Below are positions 18,696 through 28,535 of a stretch of 64,000 bases of DNA, piece after piece. The notes beneath the pieces were generated by a model. The model saw only the letters and a program-made list of their open reading frames with translations. It ran no database searches and was not told the DNA's origin. This stretch comes from Gammaproteobacteria bacterium. GTDB taxonomy: Bacteria; Pseudomonadota; Gammaproteobacteria; Steroidobacterales; Rariloculaceae. The translations under genes and the position numbers were made by a program. How positions within the stretch are numbered: position 1 is the first letter of the stretch; the number at the start of each line of letters is the position of its first letter. The stretch covers positions 14,371 through 78,370 of the forward strand of contig DASVCR010000078.1 in NCBI GenBank assembly GCA_036381515.1, given 5' to 3'.

Positions 18696-19865
18696 TCAGC
18701 GCGCGTCGGCGACCTCGGGCTCGGCGTCGATCGGCACGATCGCGACCGGTGCGCCGTCGGGGCCGGGCGCCTCGAGCCGCGCGAGCACGACGTCGGCGTT
18801 CTGTCCCGGCCGAACCCGCTGCTGCCCGTCGACGACGACGCGGTCCCCCGCGGCGAGCCCCGAGCGGATCACGCGCAGGCCCTCGTGCAGGTCGCCGAGC
18901 TCGATCGTCCGCGCGGACACGAGGCCCTCGTCGTCGACGACATAGACGATCCGGTCCGCGCCGCGCGTCGCGATTGCACTGTCCGGCAGCAGCACGCCCG
19001 AATATTCCGCCGACGCCTGCAGCAGCATGTGGCCAAACATTCCGGGCGTCAGGAAGCCGTCCGGGTTCGGCACGACCGCGCGGCCGCGAATCGTCCCCGA
19101 GCCCGTGTCGATCGAGTTGTCGAGGAAGTCGAGCTCGCCGGCCCAGCGATAATCGCGCTCGTCCTGCAGCCTGATCCTCACGATGCGCGGCCCTTCGATC
19201 TCGGCGCGCTTGTACTTCAGATACAGCGCCTCGGAGCCCTGGAACACGAAATGAATCGGGTCGACCGACACGACCGTCGTCAGCACGGTCTCGTCGGCCT
19301 TCACGGCGTTGCCGGGGTCGACGCGCCGATACGAGACTCTGCCCGATATCGGTGCGACGACCTTCGTGAACTCGACGTCGAGCTCGGCCGCGCGCACGGC
19401 CGCGCGCGCCGCGGTGAGCTCGGCCTCCGCGGTGCGGACGGCCGCCTCGAGCGCCTCGAGCTCCTCGGTGCTGACCGCGCCGATGTCGACCAGGCCGCGG
19501 GCGCGCTCGAGCTCCGTGCGCGCGTTCTCGAGGCGCGCGCTCGCCGCCGCCGCGCGTCCGCGTGCCTCGTCGCGCCGCGCCTCGAACGGCCGCGGATCGA
19601 TCGTGAAGAGGAGCTGGCCCCGCTCGACCCGCTGTCCCTCCTCGAAGTGCGCTTCGACGATGTAACCCGAGACGCGCGGGCGCACCTCGACGTGCTCCAC
19701 GGGCTCGAAGCGGCCGACGAACTCGTCCCAGTCGACGATCGTGCGGACGAGCGGCTCGGCCACGGTGACCTGCGGCCGCGCGGCCGCCTGCACGGGCTGC
19801 GCGTCGTCGCAGCCGCACAGCATGCCGGCAGCGGCAAGCGCCGAAAGGAGACGGAGAAAGCGCAT
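18696..19865 (-). CDS. RND efflux periplasmic adaptor (membrane fusion protein)
   Basis: Lipobox GMLCGC. Contains RPRVSGYIVEAHFEEGQRVERGQLLFTIDPRPFEA (biotinyl-lipoyl/hairpin region). Confidence 0.9.
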   Translation of the reverse strand: MRFLRLLSALAAAGMLCGCDDAQPVQAAARPQVTVAEPLVRTIVDWDEFVGRFEPVEHVEVRPRVSGYIVEAHFEEGQRVERGQLLFTIDPRPFEARRDEARGRAAAASARLENARTELERARGLVDIGAVSTEELEALEAAVRTAEAELTAARAAVRAAELDVEFTKVVAPISGRVSYRRVDPGNAVKADETVLTTVVSVDPIHFVFQGSEALYLKYKRAEIEGPRIVRIRLQDERDYRWAGELDFLDNSIDTGSGTIRGRAVVPNPDGFLTPGMFGHMLLQASAEYSGVLLPDSAIATRGADRIVYVVDDEGLVSARTIELGDLHEGLRVIRSGLAAGDRVVVDGQQRVRPGQNADVVLARLEAPGPDGAPVAIVPIDAEPEVADAR

Positions 19866-19926
19866 TGATCGTTGTCCTTGGCAGCGGAACGAGAAACGCG
19901 ACCCACGGCGGGCGCCGGGAGTCGCG

Positions 19927-19975
19927 TGTCAACAGATGGTGACTTATTAGATCCGCACTGCTAGCCTCTGTCAAC
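19927..19975. promoter_or_regulatory. Candidate TetR operator region in the divergent efflux/tetR intergenic
   Basis: Imperfect palindrome GTCAACagatGGTGAC (19928-19943). Direct repeat TGTCAAC at 19927-19933 and 19969-19975, in the lowest-GC part of the spacer. Confidence 0.25.
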
Positions 19976-20028
19976 GCAGCCGACGTGCCGGCCTCCGTTC
20001 CGTCCGGTATCGTGCTCCGGAGTCGCCT

Positions 20029-20598
20029 ATGTCGCTTCCGATCAAACACCGCAACGCGGCCAGCACGCGCGAAGCGATCCTTGCCGCCGCGCGGAATCGC
20101 TTCACGCTCGATGGCTACGATCACGCGGGTCTGCGCGCGATCGCCGCCGATGCGGGGGTCGATCCCGCGCTGATCTGCCGATACTTCGGCGGCAAGGAGC
20201 TCTTGTTCGCCGAGGTCCTCGCCACGACCGGACGTGATCCGATGGAGATCATCGCCGGCGATCGCGCGAGCTTCGGCAGACGCGTCGCCGAGGCGTTGCT
20301 GCGTCCCACCGACTGCCGGCCGGATCGTTTGGCCTTCGTGCAGCTCGCGATTCGCTCGAGCACGTCGCCCGTTGCAAGCAAGCTCGTGCGCGAGCGCATC
20401 GAGAGTCAGTTCATCGTGCCGTTCACCGCGTGGGTGGGCGGCGAATGCGCGGCGCAGAAGGCGTGGCTCGCGGGATCGATATTGATGGGCGCAGCGACGA
20501 TGCTCGCGCTCGGCTGCACGCCGTCGAACGAGACGCCCGACGACGGAATGCTCGATCACCTCGCACGCACGCTGCAGCGGCTCGTCGACGACGATTGA
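20029..20598 (+). CDS. TetR/AcrR family transcriptional regulator
   Basis: HTH region REAILAAARNRFTLDGYDHAGLRAIAADAGVDPALICRYFGGKE; divergent from the RND operon. Confidence 0.9.
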   Translation: MSLPIKHRNAASTREAILAAARNRFTLDGYDHAGLRAIAADAGVDPALICRYFGGKELLFAEVLATTGRDPMEIIAGDRASFGRRVAEALLRPTDCRPDRLAFVQLAIRSSTSPVASKLVRERIESQFIVPFTAWVGGECAAQKAWLAGSILMGAATMLALGCTPSNETPDDGMLDHLARTLQRLVDDD

Positions 20599-20743
20599 GC
20601 CGCGCGCCCGCACGCGACGCGCCCGCACACGACCCGCGGTTGCAGCCGAAGCGCGGGCTACCGTAATGTTCCGGGTTCACGAGAGTGCGGTCGGTCCCGG
20701 ATGAATACCCATTTCGAGTCCCCGAATTAGCGGCCTCGGCTCG

Positions 20744-22672
20744 ATGTTCGCGCTCATCAATCGTTCCGTCCGGTTCAAGCTGATCGCCGTCATCCTCGCG
20801 ACGACACTTGCCGCGTTACTCGTCGCGAGCGCCGCGTTGTTGAGCTACGACATCCGCCGCTACAGGCAGGGCGTGATCACGGACATTCGCACGCAAGCCG
20901 CGTTCCTCGCGGACGCGAACACCGTCGCATTGCAGTACGACGACCGCGAGCTCGCGCAGGAAAGCCTTTCGCCGTTGACGATTCGACCGGACATCCTGGC
21001 CGGCGCGATCTACACGGCCGAAGGCGATCTCTTCGCGGCCTACGAAGGCAGCGGCCGCGGCGACCTCGGCAAACCGCCGCCCACGCCGCCGCGCGAGCTG
21101 CGGCGCGGCGCCGGAAGCCTCCTGCGCTTCGAGGGCGGCGTGACCGAGCTGCTCGTTCCGGTGATCTCCGAGAACGAGGAGATCGGCATGGTGTTCCTGC
21201 GCGCGAGCTACGATCTCGGCGGCCGCGTCCAGGACTACCTGCTGATCCTGGGCGCCGTGATGCTGCTGAGCCTGATCGTAGCGGGCTTCATCTCGCTGCA
21301 GCTCCAGCGCAGCATCACCGCGCCGGTGCTCGCCGTGAGCGCGGTCGCGCGCAAGGTCATCGAGCAGCGTGACTTCGCGCATCGGGCGCAGAAGTCGACC
21401 GACGACGAGATCGGCGTCCTCGTCGACTCCTTCAACGCGATGCTCGGCGAGGTCGGCCGGATGACCGAGGCGCTCGAGACGACGAATCGCCGTCTGCTCG
21501 AGGAGACCGAGGAGCGCCGCAGCGCCGAGACGGCGCTCAGGATCGCCGACCGGCGCAAGGACGAGTTCCTCGCGACGCTCGCTCACGAGCTGCGCAATCC
21601 CCTCGCGCCGATGGTCAACGCCCTCGGCATGATCGACGTGTCGAAGCTCGGACCCGACGCGCAGCACGCGCGCGACATCATCGAGCGACAGCTCGGCCAC
21701 ATGGTGCGCCTCGTCGACGATCTGCTCGACGTGTCACGGATCACGCGCGGCAAGCTCACCGTGCACATGACGGAGGTCGAGCTCGGGGGCATCATCGGCA
21801 GCGCGGTCGACACCGTGAGGCCGGTCATCGACGCGCGCGGCCATCGGCTCGACGTCTCGCTGCCGCACGAGCCGGTGTACCTCGACGGCGACGCCGTGCG
21901 CCTGTCGCAGGTGTTCTCTAATCTCCTCAACAATTCCGCGAAGTACACCCACCCCGGAGGACGGATCGCGCTGTCGGCCACCCTCGACGGCGGCGAGGTC
22001 AAGGTCACGATCACGGACGACGGCATCGGCATGTCGCAGGAAACGCTCGGCACGATCTTCGAGATGTTCACGCAGGCGCCCGGGGACAAGACGAGCCGAG
22101 CACAGTCGGGGCTCGGCGTCGGCCTCGCCCTCGCCCGCCGCCTCGTCGAGCTGCACGGCGGCACGATCACGGCGTCGAGCCCGGGGCCGGGCCATGGCAG
22201 CACCTTCGAGGTGCGGCTGCCGGCGCGCGCGGACTCGAAGCAGGCCACCGAGCCACCGGCTGCGGATGCCGCCGTGCAGGCGGAGGCCGATGCCGGCGCG
22301 CGAACGCACCGCATCCTGCTCGTTGACGACAACATCGACTTCGCTACGAGCCTCGCGATCCTGCTCGAGTCGCTCGGCCACGAGGTGAAGGTCGCCCACG
22401 AGGCGCAGGGCGCGATCGAGGCCGCCGTGGAGCTCGAGCCGGACGTCGCGTTCCTCGACATCGGGCTGCCCGACGTGAGCGGCTACGAGGTTGCGGCGCG
22501 CCTCAAGGCATTGCCGTCGTGCGCAAACACGACGATGATCGCTCTGAGCGGTTGGGGGCAGATCGAGGATCGCAAGCGGTCCTACGAAGCGGGCTTCGCG
22601 GACCACCTCGTGAAGCCGGTGGACTTGCGGACGATCGAGAACGTGCTTGCCGGACTGGCGGGCGCCAGGTGA
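20744..22672 (+). CDS. Hybrid sensor histidine kinase with periplasmic CHASE8-like sensor, HAMP, HisKA, HATPase_c and receiver
   Basis: TM1, about 150-aa periplasmic domain, TM2. HAMP (DDEIGVLVDSFNAML), H-box LAHELRNPLAP, G-box GLGVGLALARRLVELHGG, receiver ILLVDDNIDF..DIGLPDVSGYEV..HLVKP. Confidence 0.85.
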   Translation: MFALINRSVRFKLIAVILATTLAALLVASAALLSYDIRRYRQGVITDIRTQAAFLADANTVALQYDDRELAQESLSPLTIRPDILAGAIYTAEGDLFAAYEGSGRGDLGKPPPTPPRELRRGAGSLLRFEGGVTELLVPVISENEEIGMVFLRASYDLGGRVQDYLLILGAVMLLSLIVAGFISLQLQRSITAPVLAVSAVARKVIEQRDFAHRAQKSTDDEIGVLVDSFNAMLGEVGRMTEALETTNRRLLEETEERRSAETALRIADRRKDEFLATLAHELRNPLAPMVNALGMIDVSKLGPDAQHARDIIERQLGHMVRLVDDLLDVSRITRGKLTVHMTEVELGGIIGSAVDTVRPVIDARGHRLDVSLPHEPVYLDGDAVRLSQVFSNLLNNSAKYTHPGGRIALSATLDGGEVKVTITDDGIGMSQETLGTIFEMFTQAPGDKTSRAQSGLGVGLALARRLVELHGGTITASSPGPGHGSTFEVRLPARADSKQATEPPAADAAVQAEADAGARTHRILLVDDNIDFATSLAILLESLGHEVKVAHEAQGAIEAAVELEPDVAFLDIGLPDVSGYEVAARLKALPSCANTTMIALSGWGQIEDRKRSYEAGFADHLVKPVDLRTIENVLAGLAGAR

Positions 22673-22674
22673 GT

Positions 22675-23454
22675 ATGCTGCACACGCAAGCGACGACGCG
22701 GCGCGGCTCGAGCACCGTACTGAGGCGGTGGCTGCACTCGCTGTGCGCCTCGACGGTCCTGCTCGGCGGCGCGGGCCCGGCGACGCTCGAGGCGCAGCCG
22801 GCGACGGCCGCGGCTTCGTCCGCGTACTCCGAGGTCGAGATCAAGGCCGCGTTCCTCTACAACTTCGGCAGCTACGTGCAGTGGCCGTGGGAGGCCGATG
22901 CGTCCGATCCGATCACGTTCGCTGTGCTCGGCGCGGCCGGCGTCGAGCAGGCGCTCGAGCGCCTCGTGGAGGGGCGGACGCTGCAGAACCGGCCGGTTCG
23001 GGTTCGAAGGCTGCGTTCGATCGACGAGCTCGACGGCGACGACGTGCTGTTCATCGGCCCGGCCGAGAATTGGCGCCTCGCGCAGCTCATCGCCGCGGTC
23101 GACGGCCCGACGCTGATCGTCACCGACGCCCCGGACGGGCTCGAGGCGGGCTCGATGATCAATTTCCAGCTCGTCGACCGGCGTGTGCGCTTCGAGGTCG
23201 GGCTCCCGGCGGCCGAATCGGCCGGTCTCGTGCTGAGCGCGAGGCTGCTCGCCGCGGCGCTGCGGGTCGAGACGACGCGCTGTGGCCTCGAGTGCCGGGG
23301 CGGCGCCGACGCCCGCCCTGCCCTGTCCGCGCTCGAGCGCGCGGGATCGCGCGGGAGGATCACGGCTCCGCGCCTTGCGGCGAATGCTCGTCCGGCTTGC
23401 CGTGATCGGACGGATCGACGCGCTGGCCCCGATAGCGGGCGACCGTGCGCGTGA
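22675..23454 (+). CDS. YfiR-like (DUF4154) periplasmic protein
   Basis: EIKAAFLYNFGSYVQWP...ITFAVLG...LFIG...LIVTD...INF..V..RVRFEV is the DUF4154 pattern. ATG lies 3 nt after the kinase stop. The last ~30 codons overlap the convergent yihY and may be read-through tail. Confidence 0.7.
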   Translation: MLHTQATTRRGSSTVLRRWLHSLCASTVLLGGAGPATLEAQPATAAASSAYSEVEIKAAFLYNFGSYVQWPWEADASDPITFAVLGAAGVEQALERLVEGRTLQNRPVRVRRLRSIDELDGDDVLFIGPAENWRLAQLIAAVDGPTLIVTDAPDGLEAGSMINFQLVDRRVRFEVGLPAAESAGLVLSARLLAAALRVETTRCGLECRGGADARPALSALERAGSRGRITAPRLAANARPACRDRTDRRAGPDSGRPCA

Positions 23455-24283
23455 TCTGCGCGCCGAAGAAGAAGATCAGCGCGGCATAGTAGACCCAGAC
23501 CATGAAGACGACGACGGAGCCCGCGGCGCCGAATACCGACCCGATGCTCGCCTGCCCCAGATAAGCGCCGATCACGTACCGGCCCGCGAGCAGCAGCAGC
23601 GACGTGATCAGGGCGCCGAGCCAGACGTTCGCCCAGCCTATCAACGCGTCCGGCAGATACTTGAAGATCATCGCGATCAGCAGCGTCGCGAACGTGAACG
23701 ACACGGCCGCGGTGACGAAGCGCCACCAGCCGACCGTAGCGAAGCCGAGCGTATCGAGATACCCCTGCAGCGCCGCGAGTATCGCGCTTGCGATCAGCGA
23801 GACCATCAGCAGGAAGCCGAGGCTCAGAATCAGCGCGAAGGACAAGAGCCGATGGCGCAGAAACCCGAGCACCGCGTTCTCCGGCGCTGCCTTCACCTGC
23901 CAGATCTGATTGAGCGCGCCCTGCAGCTGCGCGAAGACCGTCGTCGCTCCGAACAGCATCAGGCCGCCGCCGAGCAGGATCGAGAAGACGTCCTGCTCGA
24001 GCCGGTCGGCATTCTCGACCACGGTTCGGACGAGCGCGGCGCCCTCCTGCCCCGTCAATGTGCCGACCTGCTCGATCAGCTCCTCCCGCACGACGCCTTC
24101 TCCGAAGAAGAAGCCGGCGGTGCCGATCACGATCAGGAGCAGCGGCGCCATCGACAGCAGCGAGTAATACGACAGCGCGGCGGCGAGCCTGAACGGCTCG
24201 TGCGCGATGAACGACACGAAGGCGTCCGCGAAGATGCCCAACACCGTTCTCAGCGGGCCGGCCGGCCGCTCGTTCGACGCCAT
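23360..24283 (-). CDS. YihY/BrkB family membrane protein
   Basis: AAALSYYSLLSMAPLLL, GATTVFAQLQGALNQIW; six predicted TM helices. Confidence 0.85.
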   Translation of the reverse strand: MASNERPAGPLRTVLGIFADAFVSFIAHEPFRLAAALSYYSLLSMAPLLLIVIGTAGFFFGEGVVREELIEQVGTLTGQEGAALVRTVVENADRLEQDVFSILLGGGLMLFGATTVFAQLQGALNQIWQVKAAPENAVLGFLRHRLLSFALILSLGFLLMVSLIASAILAALQGYLDTLGFATVGWWRFVTAAVSFTFATLLIAMIFKYLPDALIGWANVWLGALITSLLLLAGRYVIGAYLGQASIGSVFGAAGSVVVFMVWVYYAALIFFFGAQITRTVARYRGQRVDPSDHGKPDEHSPQGAEP

Positions 24284-24433
24284 CGTCGGTCCTCCGCGGA
24301 AACGGCAGATTTCCGAGTGCCGGCTTCAGCATAGCCTGTGCGCGCGGATCGGCACGATCCCCGGCGCCCCGTCGGGTGAGGCAACGCAGCCCGGATTTGC
24401 CTACACTTCCGGGTCAGGCGAGAGGAGTTTCTC

Positions 24434-25561
24434 ATGAAGCAGAACGACGACCCGATCACGGATCTGCTGAGCCGCATCGGCCAGCGTCCGAAGCGCAGAG
24501 GCACGTCGGGGGCGCGGCCTCCGAAGCCGGCGTACGTGCTCCTCGGCCTCGCAGCCGCGATCGTCGCGATCGGTATCCTGACGTCGTTCTTCACCGTGCA
24601 GCCGGAGGAACAGGCCATCCTGAAGCGCTTCGGCCGCGTCTACGACATCGCCGAGCCCGGGCTGCACTTCAAGCTGCCGTTCGGCATCGATACCGTGCAG
24701 AAGGTCGCGACCGAGCGCGTGCTGAAGCAGGAGTTCGGCTTCCGCACGACCGAGAGCGCCGCGTTCGAGCGCAGCCAGTTCACCGGGCCGATCCCCGACG
24801 AGTCGCTGATGCTCACGGGCGACCTGAACATCATCCAGGTCGAATGGGTCGTGCAGTACCGCATCTCGGACCCGATCAAGTTCTTGTATTCGATGCGCAA
24901 CCCGACCCAGTCGCTGCGCGACCTGTCGGAGTCGGTGATGCGCCGCGTCGTCGGCAATCGCGTCGGCAGCGAGGTGCTGACGACCGCTCGCGTCGACATC
25001 GCGAACACCGCCCGCGAAGAGATTCAGGAGGCGATGGACCGGTACGACAACGGGATCCGGGTGATCACCGTCGAGCTGCAGGACGTCGTCCCGCCGGAGC
25101 GCGTGCAGCCGGCATTCAACGAGGTCAACGAGGCGCGCCAGGAGCGCGAGCGGATGATCAACGAGGCGAACCGTCAGGTGAACCAGCAGATCCCGCTCGC
25201 GCAGGGCACGGCGCAGCGCACGATCGCTGAAGCAGAAGGTTACGCGACGGAGCGCGTGAACCGCGCGCTCGGCGAGGCGGCCCGCTTCAGCGCGGTGCTC
25301 GCGGAGTACCGCAACGTGCCGGAGGTGACGCGGTCGCGGCTCTACCTCGAGGCGCTGAACGAGGTTCTGCCGGAGGTCGGCTCGGTGATCGTCGTGCAGG
25401 GCGACGGACAGATACCGCCGCTGCCGCTGCTCAATCTGCGCGACGGGGGCGCGCAGACTCGGCCGCGGCCGGAACAGGAGGCGACGCGTAGCGCCCCGCC
25501 GCAGCCCGTCCCGCCGCCCGAGCCCGAGCGCTCGCCTCGCAACACGGGGAGGTCCCGATGA
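24434..25561 (+). CDS. hflK: FtsH protease modulator HflK
   Basis: Single TM then SPFH domain (FTVQPEEQAILKRFGRV..GLHFKLPFGID). ATGA overlap with hflC. Confidence 0.9.
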   Translation: MKQNDDPITDLLSRIGQRPKRRGTSGARPPKPAYVLLGLAAAIVAIGILTSFFTVQPEEQAILKRFGRVYDIAEPGLHFKLPFGIDTVQKVATERVLKQEFGFRTTESAAFERSQFTGPIPDESLMLTGDLNIIQVEWVVQYRISDPIKFLYSMRNPTQSLRDLSESVMRRVVGNRVGSEVLTTARVDIANTAREEIQEAMDRYDNGIRVITVELQDVVPPERVQPAFNEVNEARQERERMINEANRQVNQQIPLAQGTAQRTIAEAEGYATERVNRALGEAARFSAVLAEYRNVPEVTRSRLYLEALNEVLPEVGSVIVVQGDGQIPPLPLLNLRDGGAQTRPRPEQEATRSAPPQPVPPPEPERSPRNTGRSR

Positions 25562-26505
25562 AGAACCTGACGATCCCGGCGCTCGCCGTCATCGTCACCG
25601 CGTTCATCGTGGTGAATTCCGCGTTCATCATCGATCAGGCCGAGCAAGGCATCATCGTGCAGTTCGGCGAGCCGATCGGAGGCGTGATCGACGAGCCGGG
25701 GCTGCACTTCCGCGTGCCCTTCATTCAGGAAGTCCGCCGCTTCGACAAGCGGCTCCTCGACTGGGTCGGCGACGTCAGTCAGATTCCGACGCTCGGCCGC
25801 GAGTTCATCATCGTCGACACGACGGCCCGCTGGCGCATCTCGGATCCGCTCCAGTTCCTGCGCTCGGTGCGCGACGAGCAAGGCGCGCACACGCGGCTCG
25901 ACGACATCCTCGATTCGGTCGTTCGCGACATCGTGTCCGGCACGGAGCTCGAGGAGATCGTGCGCTCCGCCGACTGGCAGGTGGACGTGTCCGCGCTCGC
26001 GGAGGAAGAGATCGACGCGCTCGCCGAGACGGACCTCGAGCGGCCCACGAAGGGGCGCGCCCAGCTCGAGGAAGAGATGCTCGAAGCGGCATCGCGGCTG
26101 ATGCCGGGTCTCGGTATCGAGCTCGTCGACGTCCGCATCAAGCGCATCAACTACATCGACTCCGTCCGCGAGCAGGTCGAGGCGCGCATGATCTCGGAGC
26201 GTGAGAGCATCGCCGCCCGCTTCCGCTCCGAGGGCGAAGGCAGGAGCCAGGAAATCCTCGGCGAGATGGAGCGGGAGCTCCGCAGGATCCGCTCCGAGGC
26301 CGAGCGGCGCGCGCAGGAGATCATCGGCGAGGCGGACGCCGAAGCGACGCGGATCTACGGCGAGGCCTTCGGCGCCGATCCCGAGTTCTACGACTTCTTC
26401 AAGACGCTCGAGAGCTACCGTGCGCTCGGCGAGAACACGACGCTGATGATCGACGCCGAGTCGGACTTCTTCCGCTATCTGCAGTCGATCGGGAACCGGC
26501 AGTAA
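25558..26505 (+). CDS. hflC: FtsH protease modulator HflC
   Basis: TM then SPFH domain (FIIDQAEQGIIVQFGEP..GLHFRVPFIQEV). Confidence 0.9.
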   Translation: MKNLTIPALAVIVTAFIVVNSAFIIDQAEQGIIVQFGEPIGGVIDEPGLHFRVPFIQEVRRFDKRLLDWVGDVSQIPTLGREFIIVDTTARWRISDPLQFLRSVRDEQGAHTRLDDILDSVVRDIVSGTELEEIVRSADWQVDVSALAEEEIDALAETDLERPTKGRAQLEEEMLEAASRLMPGLGIELVDVRIKRINYIDSVREQVEARMISERESIAARFRSEGEGRSQEILGEMERELRRIRSEAERRAQEIIGEADAEATRIYGEAFGADPEFYDFFKTLESYRALGENTTLMIDAESDFFRYLQSIGNRQ

Positions 26506-26615
26506 CGCCAGTGGCTCGAGTGTTACGAGCGCCGTACCGCGGCGTGTCACCGGTGTGCGCACCGGACTTCGACGCCGTGCGGCGTGCCCGCTGACGCCGT
26601 TTCGCGAAAACGACA

Positions 26616-28436
26616 GTGCCGACCCCGCCGAGCCTGCATGCCGCATTCGCGATCGCGTTCACCGTGTTCGCGATCTTTCTCTTCACGCGCGAGCGCTACC
26701 TGCTCGAGGCGAGCAGCCTCTTCATCGTCTGCGTCGTCATGCTGTGGTTCGAGCTCTTCCCGATCGACCCGCATCGCGACCTCGGCGCGGAGACCGTGCT
26801 CGCCGGCTTCGGCAACGAGGCGTTGATCGGCATCTCGGGGCTGATGATCCTCGCGAAGGCGCTCGAGACGACCGGCGCGCTGCAGCCGATCTCGCGGTCG
26901 CTCGCGACGATGTGGGCCGAGCGACCGCAGCTCGCGTTCCTCGCGACGCTGCTGCTCTCCGCGTTCATCAGCATGTTTCTGAACAACACGCCGGTCGTCG
27001 CCGCGCTGATGCCGCTCCTGATCGCCGTGTCGTTGCGCGCGAAGGTTTCCCCCGCCGGCATCCTGATGCCGGTCGGCTTCTCGACGGTGATCGGCGGCAC
27101 GGCGACGACGATCGGCACGTCGACGAACCTGCTCGTCGTGACGATCGCGGCCGATCTCGGCATGCGCGAGCTCAAGATGTTCGATTTCGCGCTGCCGGTC
27201 TTCATCGTCGGCTCGGTCGCGATCCTGTATCTGTGGCTCGTCGCGCCGCGGCTGATCCCGGAACGGCGGCCGCCGCTGACGGACGTCGCGCCGCGCGTGT
27301 TCGACGCGAAGCTGCGCGTGAACGAGGGGAGCGCCGCGCAAGGCCGCACGCTCGCCGAGGTCCTCGCGATGACGCGGGGACGCATGAAGGTTTCCCGGAT
27401 CGCGCGTGGAAACCTGTCGCTCGCGAAGCTGCCGTCGGTCGTGATCGCCGCAGGCGACCGGCTGCACGTGCGCGACACGGCCGAGAACCTCAAGGAGTTC
27501 GAGCGGCTGCTCGGCGCAACGCTCCTCGCGGGCGACGCGGACGAGAACGTCGGCGGGGAGCACCCGCTGACGAGCGACCAGCACCTCGCGGAGGTCGTCG
27601 TCACCCCCGGCTCTGCGCTCGACGGCGCGTCGCTCGACTCGAGCCGCGTGCTCTCCGCTTACGAGCTCGTCCCGCTCGCGCTCCATCGCTCGGGCGCCGC
27701 GCCGGGCGAGACGGTTGAGCCCGCGATCCGCGAGACGCTCCACGTCGGCGACATCGTGCTCGTGCAGGGCAGCACGGAGGCGCTCGAGCGGCTGAAGCGC
27801 TCGGGCCAGGTGCTCGTGCTCGACGGACGCATCACGGTCCCGCGGACGGAGCGGGCGACGGCCGCGCTCGCGATCATGGCGGGCGTCGTCGCGTTCGCCG
27901 CGCTCGGCGTGCTGCGCATCTCGGTCGCGGCGCTCCTCGGCGTCGCGCTGCTGCTCGCGACGCGCTGCCTCACGTGGCGCGACGTCCTCGGCGCGCTCGA
28001 CCGCCGGATCATCTTCGTGATCGTCGCGAGCCTCGCGCTCGGCCTCGCGCTGACCGAGACCGGGGCCGCGGCCTACATCGCGTCGCTGTACGTCGCGGCG
28101 ATCGGCGACGCGCCGGTGCCGGTCGCCCTCGCCGCCTTCCTGCTGATCATGTGGCTTCTGACGGAGGTCGTGACGAACAACGCGGTCGCCGTGATCGGCA
28201 CGCCGATCGCGTTCAGCGTCGCGCAGCAGCTCGGCGCGCCGGTCGAGCCGTTCGTGCTCGCGGTGCTGTTCGGCGCGAACATGAGCTACATGATCCCGGT
28301 CGGCTACCAGACGAACCTGCTCGTCATGAGCGCGGGCGGCTACCAGTTCAACGACTTCATTCGCGTCGGCCTGCCGCTTTCGCTGATCATGCTGATCGGG
28401 CTGTCGCTCGTGATGCCGCTCCTGTACGACCTCTGA
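26616..28436 (+). CDS. SLC13/DASS-family permease with two central TrkA-C (RCK_C) domains
   Basis: 606 aa. Two membrane halves flank a soluble insert with the duplicated pattern G..L.E......V..I.R.....P.....L..GD.L.V.G. Confidence 0.8.
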   Translation: MPTPPSLHAAFAIAFTVFAIFLFTRERYLLEASSLFIVCVVMLWFELFPIDPHRDLGAETVLAGFGNEALIGISGLMILAKALETTGALQPISRSLATMWAERPQLAFLATLLLSAFISMFLNNTPVVAALMPLLIAVSLRAKVSPAGILMPVGFSTVIGGTATTIGTSTNLLVVTIAADLGMRELKMFDFALPVFIVGSVAILYLWLVAPRLIPERRPPLTDVAPRVFDAKLRVNEGSAAQGRTLAEVLAMTRGRMKVSRIARGNLSLAKLPSVVIAAGDRLHVRDTAENLKEFERLLGATLLAGDADENVGGEHPLTSDQHLAEVVVTPGSALDGASLDSSRVLSAYELVPLALHRSGAAPGETVEPAIRETLHVGDIVLVQGSTEALERLKRSGQVLVLDGRITVPRTERATAALAIMAGVVAFAALGVLRISVAALLGVALLLATRCLTWRDVLGALDRRIIFVIVASLALGLALTETGAAAYIASLYVAAIGDAPVPVALAAFLLIMWLLTEVVTNNAVAVIGTPIAFSVAQQLGAPVEPFVLAVLFGANMSYMIPVGYQTNLLVMSAGGYQFNDFIRVGLPLSLIMLIGLSLVMPLLYDL

Positions 28437-28458
28437 TCCGCCGCGCCGCGGGCGCGTG

Positions 28459-28487
28459 CGGACATTCGGGACCGGTTCCTTTAGTAT
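28459..28487 (+). promoter_or_regulatory. Candidate sigma70 promoter for the PQQ gene
   Basis: cGGACA (28459-28464), 17-nt spacer, TAGTAT (28482-28487); about 50 nt upstream of ATG 28536. Confidence 0.3.
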
Positions 28488-28535
28488 CTGGTGGCCGATC
28501 ATCCGGCGCGAGAAAACTTAAGAAGAGCAAAGCCA

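Noticed and set aside
23360-23454. Frameshift or pseudogene explanation for the 95-nt convergent overlap of the YfiR-like and yihY genes.
   Set aside because: Both reading frames are intact with normal domain content. The overlap is more simply a stop-poor high-GC tail on the YfiR-like ORF.
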